DNA from: Candidatus Latescibacterota bacterium
Lineage (GTDB): Bacteria > Latescibacterota > UBA2968 > UBA8231
DNA: 64,000 nt
Direction: 5' to 3'
Assembly: GCA_965206595.1 (NCBI GenBank)
Contig: OZ242214.1
Location: 320,001 to 384,000, forward strand
Below, piece after piece: positions 8,173-18,445 of this stretch; the stretch's first letter is position 1; each line of letters begins with the position of its first letter. The notes under the pieces were generated by a model. The model saw only the letters and a program-made list of their open reading frames with translations. It ran no database searches and had not been told where the DNA came from. Both the position numbers and the translations under genes were made by a program.

Positions 8173-10173
8173 ATGTCCGAATATCCCGGAATAGCCCGCG
8201 ATCTCGTCCTGCTGCCCGCGCCCAGGCAGCTGACGCCCCTAGGTGGAGAGCTCGACCTCGAGGGAACGCCGGAGAGAGACCGCCTTATCGAGCTGGGGCC
8301 GGGCGACAGGGATTGCATGTTGCGGGCAGGCAGGGCGATCCGCGAGGCCCTGCAGATGGTCGCCGGGGAACGGTACCGGCTCGCGGCTGCCGGTTTCGGC
8401 GACGCCGCCTGCGCCTTGGCTGTCGATCCGGGCCGCGTCGGCGAGACGCAGGGGTACGGGCTCTCGATTCTGAGCGCCGGTATCCGCCTCGTCGGACATG
8501 ACGAGGCCGGACTATTCTACGGCGTCCAGACCCTTCTGCAGATCGCCCGCCAGCACCGCGGCCGCGGCCGCCTCCCACGCCTGGTCGTTCGCGACCGGCC
8601 CGATCTCCTGCACAGGGGGGTACAGCTCGATGTCAGCCGCAGGCGCATACCCACCATGGAGAGCCTGAAGCTGCTCGTCGACAGGCTCGCCCACCTCAAG
8701 GTCAACCAGCTCCAGCTCTACACCGAGCACACCTTCGCCTACCGCAACCACTCCGAGGTATGGCGGGACTACTCGCCGCTGACCGGGGAGCAGATCCTCG
8801 AGCTGGACCAGTACTGCCGCGAGCGCTTCGTCGAGCTCGTGCCGAACCAGAACACCTTCGGTCACATGGAGCGCTGGCTTCACCGTCACCGGTACGAGCA
8901 TCTGGCGGAGAACATGCCGGGGATGCCGATCCAGTATTACCTGAGCCCCTCCGACCCCGGGTCGCTGCAGCTCGTGGAGGAGCTGCTCGACGAGCTCCTT
9001 CCCCACTTCAGCAGCCGGCAGGCGATGGTCGGGCTCGACGAGGTCCGGTTGGGCGCCGGGGGAAGGAGCGCGGCGCTGTGCGAGGAGCGGGGAGGTCCGG
9101 AGCAGGTCTATCTCGACTACCTGAAGGAGGTCCATCGGATCGTGCGCAGGCACGGCAGCACGATGATGTACTTCGCCGACATGGTTGTGCAGCACGACCT
9201 GGTTTCCCGGGCTCCCGGCGACGCCATCGGCTTGATCTGGGGATACGACGAGGAGTACCCCTTCCGGGAACACTGTGCCCGCTACGCCGATGCCGGGATC
9301 CCTTTCTACACCGTGCCGGGCACCTGCTGCCACGCCAGCATCGGGGGCAGAACGGGGCTCGGCATGCGCAACATGGCCGCGGCCGTGGCCAGCGCCCTGG
9401 AGTTCGGCGGCTCGGGAACCCTGGTCGCCAACTGGGGGGACGGCGGCCATTGGCAGCCTCTGGCTGTAACGATGGCCGGGTACGCATACGGGGCGGGGGT
9501 GATGTGGGGACTCGGCGGCAACAGGGACGCGGATGTCGCCGCCGCCCTCGACGCCCACCTGTACCAGGACGAGGCGCAGGTGACCGGCAGGGTAAGCCTC
9601 GATCTCGGAAGAGCCTGCGAGCAGCTGCCGGCCCTGGCGGACTGGGTCGCATACCAGGCGATTCTGCAGCAGAAGCCCGGCGGCCACGAACAGTTGGCGC
9701 GCATCGAGCCGGGGGCGCTCGAACGGGCGGGGGAATTCATCGCAGGCACCCTGGATCCTCTCGGCAGGGCGGCGATGGGGTGCCCGGACGCCGGGATCGT
9801 CGCTGACGAGCTGCGGGTCGCCGCGGGCCTGATGCGCCACGCCTGCCACCTCGCACTGGCGCGTCTTCAGGCGGTGGGGACCGGATTGCCGGACCTGCCC
9901 GAAAGCTGGCAGATATCGCATATCCTGCCCGGGAACAGGACCCCCGCCGAGCGCGCCGCGGAGCGCTGCTACTACTGGCCCGAGCGTCCGGGAGACGCCG
10001 AGATTCCAACCTACGGCAGCGACCGGTTGCGCCCACTCGCAGTCGAGATGGAGCAGCTGCTTGCCGACTATCGCCAGATCTGGCTGGCCCGCAACCGGCC
10101 AGGAGGGCTCGATGAGAGCGCCGCGCGCTTTGCCAGGCTGCTGCAGCTGTATCGCCAGGGAATGCAGGGGTGA
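8173..10173 (+). CDS. GH20-family beta-N-acetylhexosaminidase-like protein
   Basis: LLPAPR, GLFYGVQTL, DRPDLLHRGVQLDVSR, VPNQNTFGHM, catalytic GLDE; start at 8173 is an estimate. Confidence 0.85.
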   Translation: MSEYPGIARDLVLLPAPRQLTPLGGELDLEGTPERDRLIELGPGDRDCMLRAGRAIREALQMVAGERYRLAAAGFGDAACALAVDPGRVGETQGYGLSILSAGIRLVGHDEAGLFYGVQTLLQIARQHRGRGRLPRLVVRDRPDLLHRGVQLDVSRRRIPTMESLKLLVDRLAHLKVNQLQLYTEHTFAYRNHSEVWRDYSPLTGEQILELDQYCRERFVELVPNQNTFGHMERWLHRHRYEHLAENMPGMPIQYYLSPSDPGSLQLVEELLDELLPHFSSRQAMVGLDEVRLGAGGRSAALCEERGGPEQVYLDYLKEVHRIVRRHGSTMMYFADMVVQHDLVSRAPGDAIGLIWGYDEEYPFREHCARYADAGIPFYTVPGTCCHASIGGRTGLGMRNMAAAVASALEFGGSGTLVANWGDGGHWQPLAVTMAGYAYGAGVMWGLGGNRDADVAAALDAHLYQDEAQVTGRVSLDLGRACEQLPALADWVAYQAILQQKPGGHEQLARIEPGALERAGEFIAGTLDPLGRAAMGCPDAGIVADELRVAAGLMRHACHLALARLQAVGTGLPDLPESWQISHILPGNRTPAERAAERCYYWPERPGDAEIPTYGSDRLRPLAVEMEQLLADYRQIWLARNRPGGLDESAARFARLLQLYRQGMQG

Positions 10174-10235
10174 CTCCGGCGGTTGTTGACGGCAGCGAGC
10201 GGCGATACATTTGCCTGCCATCCGGGGTTTCTCCC

Positions 10236-12512
10236 ATGCTGAATCTCCCACTCCTCCTCCTGCTCGGACTTGCGCTGTTCGTCCCTGGCGTCCGGGCCGC
10301 CGACCGTCCGCCGATCGTCGTCGGGGGGGACCAGGGCAGTCCCTGGAGAAACGGGGGGGGCGCCATTCCCGCGCTGGTGAAGACATCGCCGGCTGCCGTG
10401 GAGGAGACGAACACCCCGGGTGGGGTTCTCGACCTCGAGGTCGACGAGTTCCCCAACTGGGTCTTTCCGCAAAAGATCGACAGCACCCGCAGCATCCTCA
10501 TCGGGCTCATCGAGGGGCGTGGAGGCAGCGTCTACACCCCGACGCTGTCGTTCCGGGACTTCGAGCCGGACTTTCCGCTGATGTTCGACGACGACGGCAC
10601 CACCGCCTTCGCGATGCGGGCCCCCCGGCCCGGCGAGTCGGCGGGGGGACGCGGCCTCCTCATCCAGTTCGATCTGGGGGCGGTTTTCAGCATCAATCGC
10701 ATTAAGTTCTTTCCCCGCAACGCCGACCCGGATTACCCGGCGCCGACCACCCCGTTCCAGAAGGATTTCATCAAGGGATACGAGCTGCTGACCAACGACG
10801 GTTCCCCCGAGACCATTCACAACGGGATTCTCGAGTTCCCCAGGCTCGTCATTGAGGAGCAGAACGAGAGGTCCGTGGTCGATCACAAGTTCCCGCCCCG
10901 TTTCGTCCGTCACATCCGCTTCAAATCCCTGAGCGACGTCGACTTCGAGATAGCCGAGTTCCAGGTCTTCTCGCTCGGGTTCGTGCCGCAGGCGACCTAT
11001 GTGTCGAATGTGTTCGATTTCTCGGAGCCTGCGCTGCTCGGAAACCTGCGCTGGGTGGAGCACCAGATCGGCGACCCGCGGCGCTCCCGGGTGCGCCTGC
11101 GCACGCGCACCGGCCTCGACCGCCAACCGCTGGAGTTCACCAGGGTCGGAGTTCAGGGCACCGGAAAGACCAGGACGCGGCTGCTGGTCCTCGGCAGCTT
11201 CGAGGAGGAGATCCCCATCGACGCGGTCTGGAAGAAGGCGCAGGATCTGGAGGACTCCCCGCCCCTGTCGCAGCCGGTGGAGTTCCTGGGGCTCACCGTC
11301 ACCACTCCCTCGGCTCTCGTCGAACGAATCCTCGACAACGGGGATTTCGCCGGGCAGGAGGTGCTCCTTCTGTACGACCGGCTGCCCGCCGGGGACCGCG
11401 ATCTGCTCGCCCTCGACCGGGAGGCCTTCTTCGCCCTCGATGAGGCGGAGCGCACCGGCATCAGCGACGACTTGGTGAACTGGAGCCCCTGGTCTCCTCC
11501 CTACTCCGCCGGCGGCATCGTCGACCTTGCGGAGCTCGAGGACCAGGATGCCGGGACCGTCCTCACCTCACCGGACGGCCGCCGCTATTTCCAGTTAATG
11601 CTGGAGTTCGAAAGCGACGCCTTCGACGCCGCCACCGGGGTCGGCAGCATCGCCTTCGACGTCGGCACCCCGGGCCTGGCAGATTCCCTCGTCGCCGAGA
11701 TCGTGCCGCGGGCAGCCGCCCTGGGCCTGGAGACCGAGTTCACCTATGCCGTGCTCGTCCGGACCGGATCGGGGGAGGGCTTCGACCGCCTGGAGATCGC
11801 CACCCCGGTACGGACCGGTTCCGTGGGGTTCGTCGAGATCCTCGGTGCGGACGGCAGCCGCCTCGAGGCGGACTTTTCCGGGGCCGACCTCGATCACCTG
11901 CCGCAGTCGGTCAACGACATCGCCGTCGAGGAGGTCAGCGACGGCAGGCTGGCCATCTCGTTTCCCACCATCGACGGGGACGGCACCCTGGTAAAGGTGA
12001 GGTTCAGGAACGCCGTGCTGCGCTACGGCACCCGCTTCGACGGCAAGGCGCTCAGCGGCGCCAACCGCATCGGCCAGCGGGCGGTTGCGGGGAACGCAGC
12101 CGACCTCGGCGAGGTGGGAATCGAGGACCCCGACATCGTGTCGATCGGCAGCCCCAAGCCGGGCAACCTTTCGGTGTCGGTGCCGATCTCCGAGGACCTT
12201 CTCGTCAACGTCGCCGCGGTGCCGGCGGTCTTTTCCCCCAACGGGGACGGTGTAAACGACGAAGTGTCGATCACCTACGACGTCACCAACATCGGCAGGG
12301 AGACGGTGGTGAAGGTCGGGATATACGATCTCGGGGGCCGCCTGCTGCGCAGCTACGACAATCCGCGCACCAGCGGCCGCTTCGCCCGCTCCTGGGACGG
12401 CCGCGGCGATTCGAACGACCTCGTGCCCCCGGGCAACTACATCTACCGCGTCTCCATAGACGCCAAGAGCGCCGAGTTCGCCGAAGCCGGACTCGTCGCC
12501 GTCGTCTACTGA
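10236..12512 (+). CDS. Secreted discoidin-like protein with C-terminal FlgD-Ig / gliding-motility-CTD-like domain
   Basis: Signal peptide MLNLPLLLLLG; FDLGAVFSINRIKFFP; tail VFSPNGDGVND...IYDLGGRLL...WDGRGDSNDLVPPGNYIYRV. Confidence 0.85.
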   Translation: MLNLPLLLLLGLALFVPGVRAADRPPIVVGGDQGSPWRNGGGAIPALVKTSPAAVEETNTPGGVLDLEVDEFPNWVFPQKIDSTRSILIGLIEGRGGSVYTPTLSFRDFEPDFPLMFDDDGTTAFAMRAPRPGESAGGRGLLIQFDLGAVFSINRIKFFPRNADPDYPAPTTPFQKDFIKGYELLTNDGSPETIHNGILEFPRLVIEEQNERSVVDHKFPPRFVRHIRFKSLSDVDFEIAEFQVFSLGFVPQATYVSNVFDFSEPALLGNLRWVEHQIGDPRRSRVRLRTRTGLDRQPLEFTRVGVQGTGKTRTRLLVLGSFEEEIPIDAVWKKAQDLEDSPPLSQPVEFLGLTVTTPSALVERILDNGDFAGQEVLLLYDRLPAGDRDLLALDREAFFALDEAERTGISDDLVNWSPWSPPYSAGGIVDLAELEDQDAGTVLTSPDGRRYFQLMLEFESDAFDAATGVGSIAFDVGTPGLADSLVAEIVPRAAALGLETEFTYAVLVRTGSGEGFDRLEIATPVRTGSVGFVEILGADGSRLEADFSGADLDHLPQSVNDIAVEEVSDGRLAISFPTIDGDGTLVKVRFRNAVLRYGTRFDGKALSGANRIGQRAVAGNAADLGEVGIEDPDIVSIGSPKPGNLSVSVPISEDLLVNVAAVPAVFSPNGDGVNDEVSITYDVTNIGRETVVKVGIYDLGGRLLRSYDNPRTSGRFARSWDGRGDSNDLVPPGNYIYRVSIDAKSAEFAEAGLVAVVY

Positions 12513-12520
12513 GAGGGCCG

Positions 12521-15298
12521 ATGAGTGGGTTTCGAGCCGGCCCCTTGCTGCTGTCGATGCTGATCGGCCCATTCCTGTCCGCAGCCGCCTCCCAGGAATA
12601 CGGTTTCCGCACGGACCAGAGGGGCACGGGCTCCGGCTTCGGAGCGACCGGTCCGGGCGTTCTCTTCGACGCCCTTTCCCCGACCGTGCAGCGCTGGTAC
12701 GTGCCGCAGGAATTCTACAGCGAATTCCAGTGGAGGCAGTGGGAGCATACCAACTACAGTTCCTCCCCGTACAGGCGCTACGTCAACACCAATCTCGAAG
12801 GGGATTTCTTCTACGATTTCTTCGGGGACTACGTCAGTCACGGGTGGCTGGTCTACGACTGGCGCCAGGATCAACCGCAGGGGTCCGGCAGCGCCGTATT
12901 CAAGGGGAACCAGTTCGAGACCTGGTTCAGCTCGGTTGCGATCAGCAGCGATGCCAGGGGGCAGAACGCCTACGCCCTCACCGCGGGCAACCGCATCCGC
13001 GCCGGGCTGACGCCGATGACCTTCTCGAAGCCGACCTTCAACGGCGTGCAGTTCGATTTCACCTCGGACAAGTACGCCGCCACTCTCATCGCCTCGCGCA
13101 TCAGCGAGCCGGGCCAGGGGGTCGACGTCGAGCCGGAGCGGCTGACCAGCACTACCGGGCTCATCGGCGGACGGGTCACGAGCCAGGTCGGCGACTTCGT
13201 GACGGTCGGGGCAACCTTCGTCGACGCGCGCAACTCGAATACCGCCCTCGACATGTTCGAGGGGGACTTCCTCGCCGGCAGTCTGACCGGAGGCCAGTCC
13301 CGGGAGCCGATCGAGCTGATCACCGTCGTCCTCAGCGATGACTCGCCGCAGGACGGGGCGGGCGGGGCATCCCTGTTCAGCCACGACATCCTGATAACCT
13401 CCAGAGATTTCGACACCGGGGAACAGACCGTGTTCACGCTGGAGCAGGTGGTGCCGGAAGGATCGGAGTGGCCCGCGATTTTCGGTGGACTGCCGAAAGC
13501 CGGCTTCCTCGCCGCCGACGGCGAGGAGCTCATTGTCCTCAACTACGACTTTCGCGATCCGGGATACGACGGCCCCGACCCCACGGAGATCGTCGGCGTA
13601 AAGTTCGACTACGTGCTGGCCAACGACTACAAGGTCGAGGTCTGGTCCAACCGGCAGACCGGAATCCGCGCGATGCCGACGCCGCCCCTGAACCGGGAGA
13701 AGATCAGGTCCGACGAGCCAGCCCTGACAACCCTGCTGCGGGCGCCGGGAAACGTCGGCGACAAGTCCAACATCCGCCGCGTCCGCTTCGACTACGGCCT
13801 GCCGACCGGCAACCTGATCGGCGGGTTCACCATAGAGGGGACCGACCTGCTCGGCTTCGACCTGTACGCCGAGTGGGACCGCAACGTCAAGTACGCCCAG
13901 TTTCCCAACGCCGGCCTGTTCAACGCCAGGAGAGGCCACGAAACGACCTCGCGGAGCGCCGACGCCTGGCACCTGACGGTCTCGAGGATCTTCCACCCGT
14001 TCTTCCTTTTCGGCGAGGGCTACTCCTTCCACCACGACTACTCCACCTCCGCCTTCGTCGTCGACGCCGGGGGGAACGTCGAGTACGACAACACCCTCGA
14101 CTATCGCTACGAGTTCGTCGACGACAACGACGACCAGGACCGCATTCCCGACTGGAGCCGCAGCGGCTCCCTGGCAGGGGACCGCGTCGTCTTCCCGGGG
14201 TGGGACGCCAACAACGACTTCATCTCAGATTTCAACCAGAACGACAACTCCGCGGTCGCCAACGAGATCCCCGACTACGAAGAGCCGTTCCTGCGCCACG
14301 AGGTCGACCGCCCCGAGTTCCTGTTCGGGCCCGATCTCAACAACAACGGCTGGATCGATCGCTTCGAGGACGACGAACTCCCCGACTACCCGTACAAGAC
14401 CGACAGGCGCGGCTACAACGCCTACCTCGGTACCCATCTGGCGCCGGACGTTCGCCTGACCCTGGGCCGCACGGACGAGCGCATGTTTTCCGACGAGCGC
14501 CGCAACCGAACCGCGTACGCTACGCTGAACGTGGACCGCGCCTGGGCGGCCGGCCGCCTGCGCATATACGACATGCTGAAGCTCGCCGGCGATTCGATCC
14601 CCGACGACCGCCTCGAGCCGACCCCCTTCCTGCGCGCCCCCGGGCGGGTGACCGTTCTCGATGTCCTCCCGGCCCAGGACACCTGGATCAACACCCTCTA
14701 CCTCGGGCTCGACTACACCGGGGTCCGGAACCTGCGCATCGTCAACAAGCTCAAGCACGAGTTCTACGATCAGCGCCACAGCGCTCCCGTGGATGCAACC
14801 GGGAATCCGTTGCAGGAGCTCTCGACCCTCCTCGGCCTGATCAACAAGATCGAGTACGACCGCGGCCTGGGGATGATCGACTTCGCCGCGAAGCTCAAGA
14901 GCGAGTTGTTCAGCCAGGAGAGCTTCCTCCGGGGGGAGCCCGAGCGCAGGCACTGGATGAGAATCGCCACCCTGGTCGCGCGCCTTCCCCTGCTGTCGCA
15001 CAGCACCTTGACGGCTGGCCTGGAGCTGGCCGCCTTCGACGACCGCGAGCGGGACGAGGCCGGTTTGATCGCCGCCGGAGTGGCCGCGGAAACAGGCGAC
15101 TTACGCAGTGCCAACCTGGGGATCCAGCTGTCCAACACCTCGAACTACCAGGGGTACGTCTTGACGACCCAGCTCGGTTTCAGGCTGGGCCGCATCTCCA
15201 CGGAGACCGTGCGCGCCGACGACGGAGCCTTCGGGAAGGTGTTCGAGGGAACGGCGCAGAGAACGAGCTTCATCGTCGTGTACGCCGGTGTCGAGTAG
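12521..15298 (+). CDS. Large secreted, putative outer-membrane protein, paralog 3 (925 aa)
   Basis: Collinear with 3979..6798 (VQRWYVPQE, TPMTFSKP, YEFVDDNDDQD, PDYEEPFLRH); ends FIVVYAGVE. Confidence 0.85.
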   Translation: MSGFRAGPLLLSMLIGPFLSAAASQEYGFRTDQRGTGSGFGATGPGVLFDALSPTVQRWYVPQEFYSEFQWRQWEHTNYSSSPYRRYVNTNLEGDFFYDFFGDYVSHGWLVYDWRQDQPQGSGSAVFKGNQFETWFSSVAISSDARGQNAYALTAGNRIRAGLTPMTFSKPTFNGVQFDFTSDKYAATLIASRISEPGQGVDVEPERLTSTTGLIGGRVTSQVGDFVTVGATFVDARNSNTALDMFEGDFLAGSLTGGQSREPIELITVVLSDDSPQDGAGGASLFSHDILITSRDFDTGEQTVFTLEQVVPEGSEWPAIFGGLPKAGFLAADGEELIVLNYDFRDPGYDGPDPTEIVGVKFDYVLANDYKVEVWSNRQTGIRAMPTPPLNREKIRSDEPALTTLLRAPGNVGDKSNIRRVRFDYGLPTGNLIGGFTIEGTDLLGFDLYAEWDRNVKYAQFPNAGLFNARRGHETTSRSADAWHLTVSRIFHPFFLFGEGYSFHHDYSTSAFVVDAGGNVEYDNTLDYRYEFVDDNDDQDRIPDWSRSGSLAGDRVVFPGWDANNDFISDFNQNDNSAVANEIPDYEEPFLRHEVDRPEFLFGPDLNNNGWIDRFEDDELPDYPYKTDRRGYNAYLGTHLAPDVRLTLGRTDERMFSDERRNRTAYATLNVDRAWAAGRLRIYDMLKLAGDSIPDDRLEPTPFLRAPGRVTVLDVLPAQDTWINTLYLGLDYTGVRNLRIVNKLKHEFYDQRHSAPVDATGNPLQELSTLLGLINKIEYDRGLGMIDFAAKLKSELFSQESFLRGEPERRHWMRIATLVARLPLLSHSTLTAGLELAAFDDRERDEAGLIAAGVAAETGDLRSANLGIQLSNTSNYQGYVLTTQLGFRLGRISTETVRADDGAFGKVFEGTAQRTSFIVVYAGVE

Positions 15299-15346
15299 CG
15301 TCGTTCCGGGGATCTCCCGGTTCCGTTTCCGCGGGAGCTCCCGGAC

Positions 15347-18300
15347 GTGAATCTCCTGCGCTTCACGCTGTTCCTCTCCTTTGCGGCCTCCGGTTTCGCC
15401 GGACTCGTCTACGAGTCTATCTGGAGCCGCTACCTCAGCCTCTTTCTCGGGCACGCCGCCTACGCCCAGACCCTCGTCATCGCCCTGTTCATGGGCGGGT
15501 TGTCCCTCGGCTCCTGGCTGGCGAGCCGCCATTCGCCGCGCCTGCGACACCTGCTGAGCTGGTACGCGGCGGCCGAGGCCGCCATAGGCCTGATGGGACT
15601 GCTCTTCCACCCCCTGTTCGACGGCGCCACCCGGCTGGCCCACTCCAGCCTCATGCCTGCCCTCGGCTCTCCGGAAGCGGCCGGGGCCCTGAAGCTGGCG
15701 CTGTCGGGGCTGATCGTTCTTCCGCCCGCCATCCTGCTGGGGACGACCTTCCCGCTGATGAGCGCCGGCGTCGTCCGGCTGTGGCCCCGCCTGGCCGGCT
15801 CCTCTATCTCGATGCTCTACTTCAGCAACAGTATCGGCGCCGCGGCCGGGGTGCTGGCGAGCGGCTTCCTGCTGGTGGGCGAGCTGGGACTTCCCGGGAC
15901 CATCATTGCGGCCTCGGTGCTGAACCTCGCCGTAGCCGCGATTGTGTACGCAGCCGCCCGTTTCGCCCGGGAACCCGCCCCGGACGGCGAGATGCAAACG
16001 GCAACCCGGCCCCGTCCCGAGCGGGTCGGGTACGGCTTGATGCTGTGGGTGGCCGCCCTGACCGGGGCGGCTTCGTTCGTCTACGAGATCGCCTGGATTC
16101 GCATGCTCGGCCTCGTGCTGGGCAGCTCGACTCATTCGTTCGAGCTCATGCTGAGCGCCTTCATCTCCGGGCTGGCCTTCGGGGGCTTCTGGATCAGGCG
16201 GCGCCTGGACGGGATCGCCGAGCCGGTGCGCTGGCTCGGCGCGGTGCAATGGGCAATGGCGATGCTGGCGCTGGCGACGGTGCCGGTCTACGCCAACTGC
16301 TTCGAGCTCATGGCGGCGATCATGAGAGGCCTGAGCCGAACCGGCGAGGGGTACGTACTGTTCAACTTGGCCAGCCATTCGCTGTCGCTGCTGGTGATGT
16401 TCCCCGCCACCTTCTGTGCCGGGATGACCCTGCCCCTGATCACCTTTACCCTGCTCGCTCAGGGGGCTGGGGAGAGGAGCATAGGAGCCGTGTATGCCGC
16501 CAACACGGTCGGCGCCATCGCCGGGGTGGTCGCGGCCACGCACGTGGGGATGCCGCTGCTGGGATTGAAAGGACTGGTCGCCTTCGGGGCCGCGGTGGAC
16601 CTCGGCCTCGCGGTGCTGCTCCTGCGGGTCGTGCGTGACGGGTCCCGGTTCCTTCCCGGAATGGCCGCCGGCGCCGGGGCGGTTGCCGTCGTCGCCGTGC
16701 TGGCATGGGTGCGCATCGATCCTCTGGAGATGGTCTCGGGCGTCTACCGCTACGGCGAGCTCATTTCCCCGGAGAAGGCGGGCAACATCTTCCACAAGGA
16801 CGGCAAGACGACCAGCGTGGACCTGGTCCGCTACTCGTCCGGAAGGCTGGTCATCTTCACCAACGGCAAGGCCGAGGCATCGATCAACCTCGCCGGCGAA
16901 AGCGGACCGGCAAGCGACGAGGTCACGATGGTTCTCTCCGCGGCCCTGCCCCTGGCAGCCCATCCCGGGGCGACAGACGCCGCGGTAATCGGCCTGGGCT
17001 CCGGGCAGACCAGTCACGTCCTGCTCGGAAGCAGCCGCTTGGAGCAGGTCGACACCATCGAAATCGAAGCGGCCGTGGTCGAGGCGGCCCCCGAGTTCGG
17101 GCGACACGTCGAGCGCGTCTTCACCGATCGGCGCAGCCGCATTTTCATCGACGACGCCCGCAGCTTCCTGTCGGCGCGGAACGCGCAGTACGACCTGATC
17201 GTTGCCGAGCCCTCCAACCCCTGGGTGAGCGGCGTGTCCAGCCTCTTTTCCGCGGAGTTCTACGAGCTCGCCGAACGCCACCTGCGGCCGCGGGGAATAC
17301 TCGCCCAGTGGCTGCAGCTCTACGAGCTCGAGCCGCGACTGGTCGCCTCCGTCATGGCCGCTCTCGCCCGCACCTTCCCGGATTACGACGTGTACGCGAC
17401 CGACAACGCCAACATCCTGATCCTGGCGCGCAAGGGCGGGCAGGTCGGCGAGCTCCGGGGGGACCTGTTCGCCGATGGCGAGATCGCCGGCCAGCTGCGC
17501 CGGCACCACATCCACTCCGTCGCCGACCTCGAAACGAGGAGGATCGCCGGCAGCGCCTCGCTGCAGCCGTTTTTCGATTCCTACGAGGTGCCGCCGAACA
17601 GCGACTACTACCCCTTCCTCGACCTCAACGCCGTGAAATCCCGGTTTCTCGATCACAGCACCAGCGGACTCATGGCCCTGCGGACCTCTCCGGTCCCGGT
17701 CCTCGATCTCCTGCAGGCCGGGGAGGGCAGCCGGGAGTGGCGCCCTCCGTCGGCCAAAGGCGGGGTCGGAACAAAGGACGGGTATGCCCTGTTGCAGCTC
17801 GTTCAGAGCGCTCGCGCCATCCGCGCCTACCTGGTCGAGGGTGAAGAATCCGCCCTGAAGCGGATGCCGCCGTCATTGCGCGCCGACGCACAGATCTGCA
17901 GGCGGGGGCTCCAGGGATGCTTCGACCCTGTGGAGGCGCAACAATGGCTTGGCTCCCTCTATACCGTGGCATCGGTGGTCAATCCCGCCCTCGGAAAGGC
18001 CGGATCGAGCGGTGTCTGGAACAGGATCGCCACCTCACGCTGCTACGGCGCTCTCCCCCCGGTCGGGAAGGCCTGGGTCTCGCTGTTCGCAGCGATCGGG
18101 GCTCGGGACGCGCCTCGAATAGCGGCAAATGCCGAGAAAATACTCGCGCGCTCCGACCGGATGCCGAAGAACAGGCGCGGGTACCTCCTCTCCGCGGCGA
18201 TGGCCGGCCGCGCCGGGAGCGGAGACTGGAATGCCCTGTCCGCGCTGTGGGGGCGGTACGGTTCGGAGATTGCCCGCGGCGAATGGATCGGCAGGGAGGA

Positions 18301-18382
18301 GCTGATGTTCCGACTGCTGCGCGCGCACTCGGCCGCGGACGGCGTTGCGGACGGCCGGACCGCGGCGCTAGGTGAATCGTGA
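15347..18382 (+). CDS. Fused multi-TM (MFS-like) / spermidine-synthase-like protein
   Basis: Two SGxAGLxYE-type membrane repeats; VIGLGSG, IEIE, DDAR, EPSNPW motifs; ~250-aa extra C-terminal region. Confidence 0.85.
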   Translation: MNLLRFTLFLSFAASGFAGLVYESIWSRYLSLFLGHAAYAQTLVIALFMGGLSLGSWLASRHSPRLRHLLSWYAAAEAAIGLMGLLFHPLFDGATRLAHSSLMPALGSPEAAGALKLALSGLIVLPPAILLGTTFPLMSAGVVRLWPRLAGSSISMLYFSNSIGAAAGVLASGFLLVGELGLPGTIIAASVLNLAVAAIVYAAARFAREPAPDGEMQTATRPRPERVGYGLMLWVAALTGAASFVYEIAWIRMLGLVLGSSTHSFELMLSAFISGLAFGGFWIRRRLDGIAEPVRWLGAVQWAMAMLALATVPVYANCFELMAAIMRGLSRTGEGYVLFNLASHSLSLLVMFPATFCAGMTLPLITFTLLAQGAGERSIGAVYAANTVGAIAGVVAATHVGMPLLGLKGLVAFGAAVDLGLAVLLLRVVRDGSRFLPGMAAGAGAVAVVAVLAWVRIDPLEMVSGVYRYGELISPEKAGNIFHKDGKTTSVDLVRYSSGRLVIFTNGKAEASINLAGESGPASDEVTMVLSAALPLAAHPGATDAAVIGLGSGQTSHVLLGSSRLEQVDTIEIEAAVVEAAPEFGRHVERVFTDRRSRIFIDDARSFLSARNAQYDLIVAEPSNPWVSGVSSLFSAEFYELAERHLRPRGILAQWLQLYELEPRLVASVMAALARTFPDYDVYATDNANILILARKGGQVGELRGDLFADGEIAGQLRRHHIHSVADLETRRIAGSASLQPFFDSYEVPPNSDYYPFLDLNAVKSRFLDHSTSGLMALRTSPVPVLDLLQAGEGSREWRPPSAKGGVGTKDGYALLQLVQSARAIRAYLVEGEESALKRMPPSLRADAQICRRGLQGCFDPVEAQQWLGSLYTVASVVNPALGKAGSSGVWNRIATSRCYGALPPVGKAWVSLFAAIGARDAPRIAANAEKILARSDRMPKNRRGYLLSAAMAGRAGSGDWNALSALWGRYGSEIARGEWIGREELMFRLLRAHSAADGVADGRTAALGES

Positions 18383-18445
18383 CGACGACAGGCAACAGGC
18401 CAACAAGCCGCAAGAAATCTGGGAGCCAAAACTGGGAGATCGAGC

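Noticed and set aside
10236-12512. Flagellar hook-cap gene flgD
   Set aside because: Only the C-terminal Ig-like tail resembles FlgD; no flagellar genes in the window
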